Shown here: positions 12,733 through 24,850 of the stretch, piece by piece
How positions within the stretch are numbered: the stretch's first letter is position 1
Layout of the letters: each line of letters begins with the position of its first letter
NCBI RefSeq assembly: GCF_001194135.2
Contig: NC_068990.1
Location: 13,373,201 to 13,418,866, forward strand
Direction: 5' to 3'
Length of the DNA: 45,666 nt
Origin: Octopus bimaculoides
Taxonomy: Eukaryota
Notes under the pieces: model-generated
Databases searched by the model: none
What the model saw: the letters and a program-made list of their open reading frames with translations, nothing else
Told to the model about the DNA's origin: nothing
Translations under genes and position numbers: made by a program

Positions 12733-12748
12733 CATGTTTGTGTGTCTG
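12559..12748 (+). mobile_element. SINE family A 5' half with deletion between A and B boxes
   Basis: GTGGCTGTATGGTT directly joined to GCGGGTTCAGTCCC (deletion between TGGT repeats relative to the 21951-22320 copy), then core and (TA)(TG)n. Confidence 0.85.
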
Positions 12749-12900
12749 TAATTGTCAGTAACGTTTCCCTTTCATGCATCCTTCAGGCACAACACCGTTC
12801 GTCCTTTTGTCAACCAGCCCGGGAGTTCATCTTCTCCATAGATCAATGCATTAAATTGTTCTACGATCAATTTATGGCAACTACTGAAATTTTTTATCCA

Positions 12901-14905
12901 TTATTAGTATTATTATTGCCTTTGCACAGCTTCTAACGCTGAAGATGTACTACGGTGTCAGCTGTTCACTACTAGTGAACTAAGGTAACACCCCTTATTT
13001 TTCAAGCACCTTCCGGAGTATTCGAGCGGTTCCAAGCAGTGCTGCTTTCTGCAAGTGCTCCACCGTTATTGCAGCCCCTATTTGTTCCATGTTCTTCTCA
13101 AGACTTTTACTCACTGTTCTCAGGGCTCTGACAATTATTGGTACTACTACCACCCTTTTCATTGACCACAACTGCTTAACCTCCCAAGCTAACCTGTCAT
13201 ATCTATCGACTTTTCTTTCTTCCTTATCGCATACATGTTTGTCAGCTGGGCAGGCTATATCTATGATCCAGCATAGTTTGCTTTCTTTCTCAATTAAAAC
13301 TATGTCTGGCTTCCTAATCTCTATCTCGTGGTCGCACTGAATCAAAATCCCATAGGATCTTTGCATTCCTATTTTCGACGATGCCTTCAGGTTTGTGGTC
13401 GTACTAATTTTTTGGTCTGTCAAGTCCTTACTTGTTGCAAAATGTCCAATGGACAAGCCTGACTATATTGTCGTGGCGTCTCTTATATTCCTTCTGCGCT
13501 AGTGGCGTACATTGGCTGGTAATATTCCATACGGTTTCACCGTTTTGTCCACAGATTCTGCACTTACCACTTTCTGCTGTTGCTGTCTATTCTATATTTT
13601 ATGTAGTTTGTTCTTAGTGCTTACTCTTAAGCAGCACAGATTAGAGCCTCCGTTTCCGGTTTTAAATCACTTTTGGTCATCCACAGCCATCTTTTGTCTG
13701 TCTTATCTTCAACATCCCTATTTTAACTTTCATTCGTTTTCAATTGCTTGTACAGTGCTTTATCTTTGCAATCTTTCATTCTACACAAGCCTGACCTTCT
13801 TACTTCTAATAATAGCGCTTCTGTGACATTTTTTTACATAACATGCCACGTTGTTTTCTTCTGCTCTAATGCTGTGTTCGCATCCAATAAGTCCTCTTCT
13901 CCTTTTTTTCTTGGTACATACAGTCTGGAGTGACCCATATCCAGTTAGCAACTTCCTTGTCTTTCTGTTTAAGCTGTTTAGTTCATCTACTGTCCATGGG
14001 ATTACCTCTGCTCCATATCTGAGGAGTTAAACCGGCCAGATGTTGATAGCTTCGATCTTATTCCGTCCATTAAATTTCGACTTAAGGATCAGTCTCAGTC
14101 TGCGCAAGTACTCCACCTGAAATTTTTCTGTCATTTCTGTCTCCATCAATTTGTCCATTTCCCAAATCCCCAAGTACTTATAGCCCGTCTCTTCTATCTG
14201 CTTCATAACCTCCTCCGACGATATCGATATCCCGTCCATACATTTGATTTTGCTTCTCTTCAAGACTAGCACACCACACTTTCTCAGTCCGAACTCCATT
14301 CTGATATCAGCACTGAAAGTATACACCGTATCAACGAGAGAACTGACTTGGGCTTCATGTTTACCATAAACTTTCAGGTCATCCATTAATAACAAATGGT
14401 TGACTTTGTTTGGCGGCTTTTGAATACATACTCAGCATTTGCTTTCCTCAGGATCAGTGTTAGTAGTATCAAGCACAATACAAAGATCAAGGGGACTGGC
14501 AATTCCCTTGGAAGATGCTATCTCTAAATTTCTTCCGTATGCTGTCAGGTCCGTCCTCCAATTCGCCGTATTTTTTCCAAGCAATCGCTCAACGTTCGAT
14601 GAAATACCAAATGGGTTCACACATTCCATTATCCAAGAGTATGGTATCATATCGTACGCTTTCCGATAGTCGATCCATAACATGACTAAGTTACTTTTCC
14701 TCCTCTTGCAGTCTCTAAGTACAGTTTTGTCTATTAGGAGTTGATCCTTGGTACCTCTGCATTTACGCTTGCAACCCTTCCGCTCATGTGGGAGGACTCC
14801 ATTTTGTTCCAGATGTTCGTACATTGACTCTGCGAGTATTCCAGTCAATAATTTCCACATATGTGGGTAACAGGATATCGGCCTGTAATTGTCTACCTTC
14901 TGTTT
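12901..14905 (-). mobile_element. 5'-truncated, decayed R4/Dong-clade non-LTR retrotransposon (RT, CCHC knuckle, restriction-like endonuclease)
   Basis: RT motifs [57 protein letters not shown]. Knuckle CRICGQNGETVWNITSQC (13509-13562, H->N). Endonuclease RKPDIVLIEK...IIDIACP. Stop at 12995, 77-nt 3' UTR, (AAT)n-type tail at 12901-12917. Multiple frameshifts and stops. Confidence 0.92.
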
Positions 14906-14926
14906 ATAATAATAATAATAATAATA

Positions 14927-14988
<62 letters not shown>

Positions 14989-14992
14989 TATT

Positions 14993-15220
14993 AAGACGGC
15001 GACCAGGCAAAATCGTTAGAAAGCCGGCAAAATGTTTAGCGGTTCTTCGTTTGTCTTTATGTTCTGAGTTCAAATTCCGCTGAGGTCGACTTTGTCTTTC
15101 ATCCATTCAGGGTTGATAAATTAAGTACCACTAAAACACTGTGGTCGGTATCATCGACTATTTCCCTTCCCCAAAATTTCAGGCCTTGTGCCTTTAGTAG
15201 AAAGGATTATTGTTATTATT
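14993..15220 (+). mobile_element. SINE family B, full length, in an (ATT)n array
   Basis: GTTCTGAGTTCAAATTCCGCTGAGGTCGACTTTGTCTTTCATCC core; tail AATTTCAGGCCTTGTGCCTTTAGTAGAAAGGATTATT. Confidence 0.9.
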
Positions 15221-15432
15221 AATGCGCCAGCTATAATAAAAATTCTATCTGCTTTTAATATCCATATTCGAGTTTCCTCTATTTCTAGATATTTGTATTT
15301 GTATTTTGGAAGTTTGTCCGTTTCTTTTAAAGAAGCAATGTCATCTCTTGGTATTGATACATCGATTAGAAAGCACTTTTTTTCTTGGTGGTCTCTAACA
15401 ACTATATCCGGCCCATTGGCCTTAATTTCTGT
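15221..15432 (-). mobile_element. R4/Dong-like endonuclease-domain fragment (second subfamily)
   Basis: Minus translation TEIKANGPDIVVRDHQEKKCFLIDVSIP...KYLEIEETRIWILK...IAGAL, with PD..D residues. Bordered by an (ATT)n array. Confidence 0.8.
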
Positions 15433-15445
15433 ATTATTGTTGTTA

Positions 15446-15489
<44 letters not shown>

Positions 15490-15528
15490 GTTATTATCCT
15501 CCTCCTCCTCCTCATCATCATCATCATC

Positions 15529-15569
<41 letters not shown>

Positions 15570-15590
15570 CATCATCATCATTATTTACTT
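15433..15590. repeat. Compound (ATT)/(CCT)/(CAT) microsatellite
   Basis: Direct reading. Confidence 0.95.
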
Positions 15591-15664
15591 ACTACATGTT
15601 GCATTCTCAGGATTTATAAACACACACACACATATACATACATACATGCATATATACATGCATG

Positions 15665-15701
<37 letters not shown>

Positions 15702-16143
15702 ATCAATACATAAGTAGTTTATATATTTTCTCCTGACACGAAAGTATTTTCGGTATTCGCATCAGGCGTTCATAAAATTATATGCATGAATGAAAGGACA
15801 GAAGTGGTAAAAATGGAGAGCCATTAATAGCTTTTTTGTTTAAACTTAACCTTCTTTTAGATAAAAAAAAAACACACTATTTATTTTTAAAGTAATTTAT
15901 AAATAGTTTTGAAATGACTGTAATTACCATGAAAAACACAATTTTGCTTTAACTTTCAGTGATAAGCTAGCATAGAGAGCACAGGATAAAATACCTCTTA
16001 ATTATAACGATGTTTGTTTTGAAGTAATGCCGAATAAAGTGACCTGGATATAAAAAAAACACTAAAGCAGAAACACGCTAACAGTACGAGCAGACGAGAA
16101 ACCCTGTGAGTGTTCTCTTGATATACTAGACATAGCAGCCATA

Positions 16144-16292
16144 TCACCAGTAAAGCGTCTCACTAAACACTTCTCTGAAGCCGAATAAATCAATGATCGA
16201 AGATATTTCTGACTTCACTAATGTGTCATTACGTTTGGCCTCGCGTACATTGTTTAAAATGTCGTTAATTTCATATAATGATAGAGTAAGAT
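16144..16292 (-). CDS. Candidate exon C of the same gene (3' boundary uncertain)
   Basis: Acceptor CATATTTTGTCTAG, phase 1, in frame with exon B (junction creates NLT). Reads LTLSLYEINDILNNV...IIDLFGFREVFSETLYW*. Possible donors at 16163 (A|GTGAGA) or 16147 (G|GTGATA) before the stop. Confidence 0.55.
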
Positions 16293-16825
16293 CTAGACAA
16301 AATATGATTACATTTATAGCAAATGGAACGATTGCGTAAGGTTTTCTCATTGGCTCTCGAACATAAATGCTTTATATGCAAGTATTTGGCGGGGGTGCTT
16401 GAATGAAAATTATAAATCTGTACGCAAGTATATTTGTGTACAAGGGAAATAGTGATAATCCCTATTTGACAACAATTAATATATGAATTCAGGGAGTTGG
16501 AGATTTTAAATTACCGTAAACATTGAAAATTCTAATCTCAATCACTTCCTCGCTCTCACACGAAGAAAAATACACCTAATTATAAATTTCTATGGTCCCT
16601 AAACTTTTAAAATTATCTTGTTATATGAAGTATATATTTTTGAAAGTAGTATTTACTTGCTTACATTTGAGCCCTTTGACTGCGTAATTAAATTTCATTG
16701 TCATTTCTGTAATGATGTTAATTATGCATCGAAAACATAAAACTGATACTTTCTGCTTTTACAAAACTATAACAGTATCTGCTGTCGGTACGGTTTTCAT
16801 TTCCACAACAGCATTTGATTCTTAC

Positions 16826-17022
16826 TCTGTACAGTGATATTTGATGAAATATGTAAAAAAAAATTAAGAAAATCTGAAATATTGTCCATTGTGAAAGGTG
16901 TCGATAGGATGTCTCTGTTTCCCGTAGTACAAGTGGAGATATTTTTTTTCTGCAAATGCGTTGCAGTAAGACTGCTTTCTGCAGTTAATTGTAATAACAT
17001 TTTGAACGGATACATCCGTCCT
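16826..17022 (-). CDS. Candidate exon B of the same gene
   Basis: Acceptor CACTTTGAACGCAG, donor A|GTAAGA. 197 bp, phase 2-1, open (GRMYPFK...NISTC...DNISDFLNFFLHISSNITVQ). Three N-x-S/T sequons. Confidence 0.6.
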
Positions 17023-18251
17023 CTGCGTTCAAAGTGTTAAACATTTTAATTTAAATTTTCATCATGAAATATGCAAAATATAATTAAAATGGAAGGAAAA
17101 TAATTCCCCTATTGAAAAGAAAACGAGAAAGGTTCAAATCAGTATTAAAACAGAGAACGATAACAAAAAGAGAATAATTCAAAATATACAGTATCATAAA
17201 TAATAACTTTATTAAATATGTGGACTGTCGCGAAGAAAACTATACATATACAAGCAATTGTCTCATTGTTACATAACTGATGCATTTTACTGAGGCACGA
17301 AACGACAAACGTTTTGTGGTAGAATGGAAAATAAGATATTATACGTAATATATATATTTTCGCCACTGGAATTAGCGCCGAAAATGAAACAAAATGGCTT
17401 TAATTGAGAATCAAAGTACCAAAAACATACCACTTCATATGAAATTTTTCATTTTGCATTTTCGAACCATGATTGCAAGAGGTTTATAGTTGGATGTAAT
17501 CACATTGGATATGAGCATAAGACGACTAAAACATTGAAGGGAGTTTGTTGTCAGTTACGTCAACTCTCAGTAATGACCTTGTAGTTATTTTATCTGGAAC
17601 TTAAAGATGACACGCAAACTACACCTTGACGAGATTTGCACGTTGAATGTAAAGGGCCATAGCTAAATACCATCGGACTTTTAATCCACTCCCGTTCGAT
17701 TGTAGCGGGGAGTGTCCCGACAACAAATTCAGTAATAAACAAACGAAAAATTAAATTCAATTACATTCAGTTAGCTATTATTGCTCTACCTTGTGAGTAG
17801 CATTTCATAGGTGTAAATGTCAGGCAAACTCGTGCTACTTGGGTCCAGAGGAAAGGTCTTCACGGACCGCCGTGGCTGCTCTTGAGCCACCAACACCTAT
17901 GAAAGAGAAGGAAATCTTTTGTTATCAAAATCCCATTCCATGCCCAATAACATCCGTTGGTAACGACGTCGTACATTTGTGAGTATAGACCAGTAAGGTA
18001 GACCGAAGCCTAATTATTCTCAAATCTGGTCCGTGAATACTTCCAAATCTGACTTGTGAGACACTGTATACATACACACCCACTGTAGATCTGTGGGGGT
18101 AATGAGCTAATATACAGTAAGACATTAGATTACGGAAAGCATATCACCTTTGCAGGCTGTTAAACAAACTGGTGGCCCAAAATGATATTGAGTCCTTGGC
18201 TGTGGAATCCTAACCAGTCAATCAGTCATTTACGTCAGACTCCACCATATG

Positions 18252-18283
<32 letters not shown>

Positions 18284-18705
18284 NNNNNNNNNNNNNNNNN
18301 NNNNNNNNNNNNNNNNNNNNNNNNNNNNNNNNNNNNNNNNNNNNNNNNNNNNNNNNNNNNNNNNNNNNNNNNNNNNNNNNNNNNNNNNNNNNNNNNNNNN
18401 NNNNNNNNNNNNNNNNNNNNNNNNNNNNNNNNNNNNNNNNNNNNNNNNNNNNNNNNNNNNNNNNNNNNNNNNNNNNNNNNNNNNNNNNNNNNNNNNNNNN
18501 NNNNNNNNNNNNNNNNNNNNNNNNNNNNNNNNNNNNNNNNNNNNNNNNNNNNNNNNNNNNNNNNNNNNNNNNNNNNNNNNNNNNNNNNNNNNNNNNNNNN
18601 NNNNNNNNNNNNNNNNNNNNNNNNNNNNNNNNNNNNNNNNNNNNNNNNNNNNNNNNNNNNNNNNNNNNNNNNNNNNNNNNNNNNNNNNNNNNNNNNNNNN
18701 NNNNN

Positions 18706-18745
<40 letters not shown>

Positions 18746-19485
18746 CATACAAAATATGGGATTTTATTTCACAAGTAATCTAAACGTCTTTGAATCTTTC
18801 TTCAAATAATAATAATGTATATGACTTGAGATGTTTGCCTTGCCTTAGCGTTTGTTGTCCTGTTTAACAATTATTTACCTCTGTGTGTGTGTGTGTATGT
18901 GTGTGTGTGTGTGTAGGTGAATATGTCTATATGCATATGTGTGTGTATATATATAATCCATATATAGTGTCTGTTTCATTTACTGTAGTCTCTACTGCGC
19001 TATCTCTTAAAACCTGTTGCATTAGAAAGGCGACTTTACCTCATGGTTAATACGGTTCCGTAAAATATATAATAATGCAAACGAAGTATTGAGGTCGACA
19101 TGAATGACTAAAATCTTAGAAGTCGGTACTACAGTATGGCTGCAGACTGGTAACTGTAACCAGGAAAAAATAAATCAAAAATATTATGAACAGCAGTAAG
19201 TCTTATACAATTATGAAATTTTAAATTATTCATTAAAAGACATAATATAGTATGATATGATATAATATAATATAATGTAATATAATATATAATATAATAT
19301 AATATAATATAACAGCGTTTCGCAAAAACTTTTAACAGAAAGAATAAACTAGTTAACGTATTTTCAAGGCAAAAGTATATTAAGATTTAACGTTTCTCAA
19401 ATCAACAAAAGCATAAACAGCATAAAGAAAATATGTATTGCGCATATAATGTTAATAGGTAAGTAAACAAAAATTGAATTTGTGT

Positions 19486-19529
<44 letters not shown>

Positions 19530-20818
19530 ATGTATGTATGTATATATATATTTATATACATATGTATATACATATACATATATAAATTCTGACGTGTGTG
19601 TGCACACGGATGTATATATNNNNNNNNNNNNNNNNNNNNNNNNNNNNNNNNNNNNNNNNNNNNNNNNNNNNNNNNNNNNNNNNNNNNNNNNNNNNNNNNN
19701 NNNNNNNNNNNNNNNNNNNNNNNNNNNNNNNNNNNNNNNNNNNNNNNNNNNNNNNNNNNNNNNNNNNNNNNNNNNNNNNNNNNNNNNNNNNNNNNNNNNN
19801 NNNNNNNNNNNNNNNNNNNNNNNNNNNNNNNNNNNNNNNNNNNNNNNNNNNNNNNNNNNNNNNNNNNNNNNNNNNNNNNNNNNNNNNNNNNNNNNNNNNN
19901 NNNNNNNNNNNNNNNNNNNNNNNNNNNNNNNNNNNNNNNNNNNNNNNNNNNNNNNNNNNNNNNNNNNNNNNNNNNNNNNNTATATATATATATATATATA
20001 TATATTTACATATATTTACATGTAATCTCTTGGTATATATATAGATATACATACATGCATGTGTATGAACACACGCTCACACACAGACACACAAACGTAT
20101 GTATATGTGTATACATATATATATACATATATACATATGTGCATATATATAATGTATACATATATACATATATATATATATACACATATATATATATATA
20201 GATACATAGATATATACGTATATATAAATGCATATCTATATGTACATACCATGTAAATATATATGTACCTATATATCTATCTATGGGAGAATGTACGAAA
20301 AAACAACAGACGAGGACAGGTGGTGTCCCCTCTCTCCCCCCTCTCTCTCTCTCTCCCTCTCTCTCTCTCTCTCNNNNNNNNNNNNNNNNNNNNNNNCCCC
20401 TCTCTCCCCCCTCTCTCTCTCTCTCCCTCTCTCTCTCTCTCTCTCCAAATATATATAGAATATCGAGGCCCATCAGCATCAACATTACTACTCTACAGTA
20501 AACTGAATGGGTTTTGAATGGATCAGTGAAATTAGAAGTACTTCTCACTGGAAAACAAATACAAATGTCACAAGACACAGTAAATACACATGCATACACA
20601 GACACACACACACATAGATACACGCACACACACACACATAGATACACGCACACACACACGCACACACACACACACATATATATATATATACAAGAAAATA
20701 TATACGCATGTATATATGTACATGAATATAAATAAATATAAGTATATATGGAAATATTTACAAAGGATTATATTTCAATGTTTTTATTTGTATCTGCATC
20801 TGTGTATCTATCTATCTA

Positions 20819-20872
<54 letters not shown>

Positions 20873-21648
20873 NNNNNNNNNNNNNNNNNNNNNNNNNNNN
20901 NNNNNNNNNNNNNNNNNNNNNNNNNNNNNNNNNNNNNNNNNNNNNNNNNNNNNNNNNNNNNNNNNNNNNNNNNNNNNNNNNNNNNNNNNNNNNNNNNNNN
21001 NNNNNNNNNNNNNNNNNNNNNNNNNNNNNNNNNNNNNNNNNNNNNNNNNNNNNNNNNNNNNNNNNNNNNNNNNNNNNNNNNNNNNNNNNNNNNNNNNNNN
21101 NNNNNNNNNNNNNNNNNNNNNNNNNNNNNNNNNNNNNNNNNNNNNNNNNNNNNNNNNNNNNNNNNNNNNNNNNNNNNNNNNNNNNNNNNNNNNNNNNNNN
21201 NNNNNNNNNNNNNNNNNNNNNNNNNNNNNNNNNNNNNNNNNNNNNNNNNNNNNNNNNNNNNNNNNNNNNNNNNNNNNNNNNNNNNNNNNNNNNNNNNNNN
21301 NNNNNNNNNNNNNNNNNNNNNNNNNNNNNNNNNNNNNNNNNNNNNNNNNNNNNNNNNNNNNNNNNNNNNNNNNNNNNNNNNNNNNNNNNNNNNNNNNNNN
21401 NNNNNNNNNNNNNNNNNNNNNNNNNNNNNNNNNNNNNNNNNNNNNNNNNNNNNNNNNNNNNNNNNNNNNNNNNNNNNNNNNNNNNNNNNNNNNNNNNNNN
21501 NNNNNNNNNNNNNNNNNNNNNNNNNNNNNNNNNNNNNNNNNNNNNNNNNNNNNNNNNNNNNNNNNNNNNNNNNNNNNNNNNNNNNNNNNNNNNNNNNNNN
21601 NNNNNNNNNNNNNNNNNNNNNNNNNNNNNNNNNNNNNNNTATACAAAC

Positions 21649-21712
<64 letters not shown>

Positions 21713-21950
21713 ACATATATATATATATATATATCTACAAAAGTGTGTGAGTGTGTATATGTTGTTGGGAACGAATGATATGTTTAAAACTGCGTTTTGT
21801 GAAATGCTTTATTTGTGGATTAGCAATGCTCCTATTGGTTTCATACACAATATGCAAGTTTTCCACATAAAGATGTTTGTTCTTTTACATATGGGACACA
21901 GACACCTATATACACACAATATGTGTGTGTGTGTGTTTATGCATATATAA

Positions 21951-22320
21951 TCTTTTATTTGTTTCAGCCATTCGACTGCATTTACGCTGGAGCACGTACC
22001 ACCTTTAGTCGAACAAATTGACCCTAGTATTATTTTATCGGGCTCTTTTGCCGAACCGCTAGGTTACAGGGACGTAAAGACACCGACATCGGCTGTCAAG
22101 CGATGGTGGGAGGACAAACACAGACGCACAGATACAAAGACACACACACACATACACAACGGGCTTTTTTCAGTTTCAGCCTACCAAATCCACTCACAAG
22201 GATTTGGTCGGCCCGTAGCTATAGTAGAAGACACTTGCCCAAGGTGCTACGCAGAGGGACTGAACCCGGAACCATGTAGTTTGTAAACAAGCTACTTACC
22301 ACACAGCCACCCCGGCGCCT
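21951..22320 (-). mobile_element. SINE family A, full length
   Basis: A-box-like TGGCTGTGTGGTAAG, B-box-like GGTTCAGTCCC, CORE-like ACCTTGGGCAAGTGTC, internal (TG)n, same tail as the 2106-2770 copy. Confidence 0.9.
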
Positions 22321-22408
22321 ATATATTTGCATAAGTACGTATTTATATATATATATACATACATATATAAATATACATATACATATATATGCACATATGT
22401 ATATATAA

Positions 22409-22447
<39 letters not shown>

Positions 22448-22958
22448 NNNNNNNNNNNNNNNNNNNNNNNNNNNNNNNNNNNNNNNNNNNNNNNNNNNNN
22501 NNNNNNNNNNNNNNNNNNNNNNNNNNNNNNNNNNNNNNNNNNNNNNNNNNNNNNNNNNNNNNNNNNNNNNNNNNNNNNNNNNNNNNNNNNNNNNNNNNNN
22601 NNNNNNNNNTATATATATATATATATATATCCCGAGTCAGATCTATAGTTAAATTGGATTTGGTACTTGCTTATTCTTCAAATCTTGGTGTCTTAAGCTT
22701 TGTTTATTTCAGCGTGTGTCCTATCTAATCGTACCTAGCCATCTTTTGCATCCTTCTAGTTGATATGTCTACATCCTTATGAATCCTCATACCAAAATCG
22801 CATATATGTGTTTGTGTATATGAGTATGTATATTTACATTATGCAGCAGACAGTAAAACCATAGAATCATAATGACTTAAATAAATTTAAATATTAAAAA
22901 AAAAACATTGAAATAAGTGGAAATTATAAGAATATTAAAACATTTCTTTTACGCTTAC

Positions 22959-23162
22959 AGTGTGTGGAACGAAATATATGAGTGATTCCGGATGAAGCGT
23001 TTCGAAACATGGTGACGTATTACTCTTCCGAAATCGATAACCTTTGCATTTGAAACATAATATAGGGCTTCATTTGTATATATGTACTTTTGAGAGATCA
23101 CTATCCATAAAAGAATATACATTTTATGCTCAACAGAGCACGAAATAGAAGAGTGAATCAAA
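22959..23162 (-). CDS. Candidate exon A of a multi-exon gene (possible adhesion-GPCR-like extracellular region)
   Basis: Acceptor TATTTCTGCTTTTAATTCAG, donor CT|GTAAGC. 204 bp, phase 2-2, open throughout (LIHSSISC...RNHSYISFHT). Splices in frame to 17022. Confidence 0.5.
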
Positions 23163-23274
23163 CTGAATTAAAAGCAGAAATACACAAATTACACTATCCA
23201 CTACAGTAATAGCTTAATTTATAAAAGCTCTGTCTGTCCGTCAGTCTGTGTGTGTGTGTCTGTGTGTGTACCTG

Positions 23275-23316
<42 letters not shown>

Positions 23317-23604
23317 ACTGTGTGTGTGTGTGTCAGTTGAATACTCAACACTAATAATTGGGGAAGGAAATCAGTTACCTCCCTTATAAAAGCGGTCAAC
23401 AAAGCACGAATGAATGTCTTTACATCACTTTTATTTCCGATCGGAGTCAGGCTTTCCGTTATATGTGTGTGTGTGTATGTATATGTTTGTGTGTTTGTGT
23501 GTGTATAAATATATAATATACGTACATATATCCTCATGTGTGTGTGTGTGCGTGGGACTATGTTACACAAACGAATGGAGAATGCATTCAACACGTTTAG
23601 TATT

Positions 23605-24012
23605 CTCTTATTCTTTTATTTGTTTTAGTAAGTTCACTGCGGCCAAGCTGGAGCACCGCCTTTAGTCGAATAAATCAACCCCCCACGACTTATTCTTTGT
23701 AAGCCTAGTATTTCTTTTATCGATCACTTTAGCCGAACCGTTAAATTATGAGGAGGTAGACACACCAACATCGGTTGTCAAGCGATGGTGGTGGACAGAC
23801 ACAGACACACAAATATATACATGTATATATATAGAGAGAGAGAGAAATACGACGGGCTTCTTTCAGTTACCATCTACCAAATCCGCTCAAAAGACTTTGG
23901 TCGGCCCGAGGCTATAGTAGAAAACAGTTGTGCAAAGTGCCACGCAGTGGGACCGAACCTGGAACCATGTAGCTGAGAAGCAAGCTTCTTACCACACAGT
24001 CACACATGCGCG
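23605..24012 (-). mobile_element. SINE family A, full length
   Basis: Same head/core/microsatellite/tail organisation; the internal repeat here is (TC)n(TA)n. Confidence 0.9.
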
Positions 24013-24420
24013 TTGTAGTGTATATATTTAACTGAAGTAGAAGCTTGATTCAGCATAGGATTACTAAAAAGGATTCAAAATATTTAGAAACTTGCATTCA
24101 AAAGATCTGGTGAGTATTTGCGATTCGAAGTTTGTCTTTCATACACATATACAGACATATGCACATGCGTACGTATGCACACGCAAATATGCAAATGTCG
24201 AAGGGACCGCTCTAGGAATTGAAGCCACAAAGCCGTGCCTCCTCACACACACACAAACCAAAAATAAAGGTAATCACAAGTTTATATTAAAGTCCCTACG
24301 TGCGTTTCAACATTATGGTTGTTTGGAGCCCTGCAATAAATGTTTCAAATGCATGTGGATGCTGGACGAGAACATGATCAGGGAACAATTTATTGTATGA
24401 AGTTATGGATACAAATGTCA

Positions 24421-24490
24421 TAAGAAGCTTGCTTCCCTATCACATGGTTCCGAGTTCAGTGCCACACAGTAAACTATAGACAAAGATACT
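24421..24490 (+). mobile_element. SINE family A head fragment
   Basis: TAAGAAGCTTGCTTCCC...CACATGGTTCCGAGTTCAGTGCCAC. Confidence 0.6.
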
Positions 24491-24850
24491 TGAAAGGAAC
24501 AAGAAGGAAAGGAGTGGTCAAAATGTAGAAGAATGTGTTCACAATAAAGGCAAGTAAGGGGCTTGAATTTGAACATAAAGCGCCAACATAAAGCAACAGC
24601 AGGGATCCTAAACTTGAGTAAAATTTCAACGAGAACCTGATACAAACGGTTGAATTCTCTGAAGTTCAACATTGGAAGACTGAGATGACTAACGAAGAGA
24701 ATGGAGTTGGTTGTATTGCACACAAATATGATAGACATTTACTAAAATCAAAATACGATAAGATGTTAAGGAAACAGCATCCCCCACTGGATTTGCTTTT
24801 ATTCTATGTACATTTCTAACTTGTTTAAATATATTACACTGCATTGTTTA

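Noticed and set aside
20328-20443. 46-bp CT-rich duplication across the 24-N gap
   Set aside because: Same overlap artefact.
20440-20547. Good minus-strand acceptor at 20548 between exons A and B
   Set aside because: The frame compatible with exon A has three stops and there is no convincing donor.
17010-23000. HHVSKR...ISFHTLGR across the A/B junction, resembling an ADAM10/17 prodomain
   Set aside because: Downstream sequence does not continue as an ADAM prodomain in the open frame and no HExxH exon was seen. The GAIN-like reading fits more residues; this is kept only as a minor alternative.
22980-23030. CGGATGA...GAAAC...GTA hammerhead-like string
   Set aside because: Core U4 is altered, P1 is out of register and P2 does not pair; it lies within candidate exon A on the opposite strand.
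22990-23050. KVIDFG, resembling the kinase DFG motif
   Set aside because: No HRDxKxxN or other kinase subdomains at the proper spacing in this or the spliced exons.
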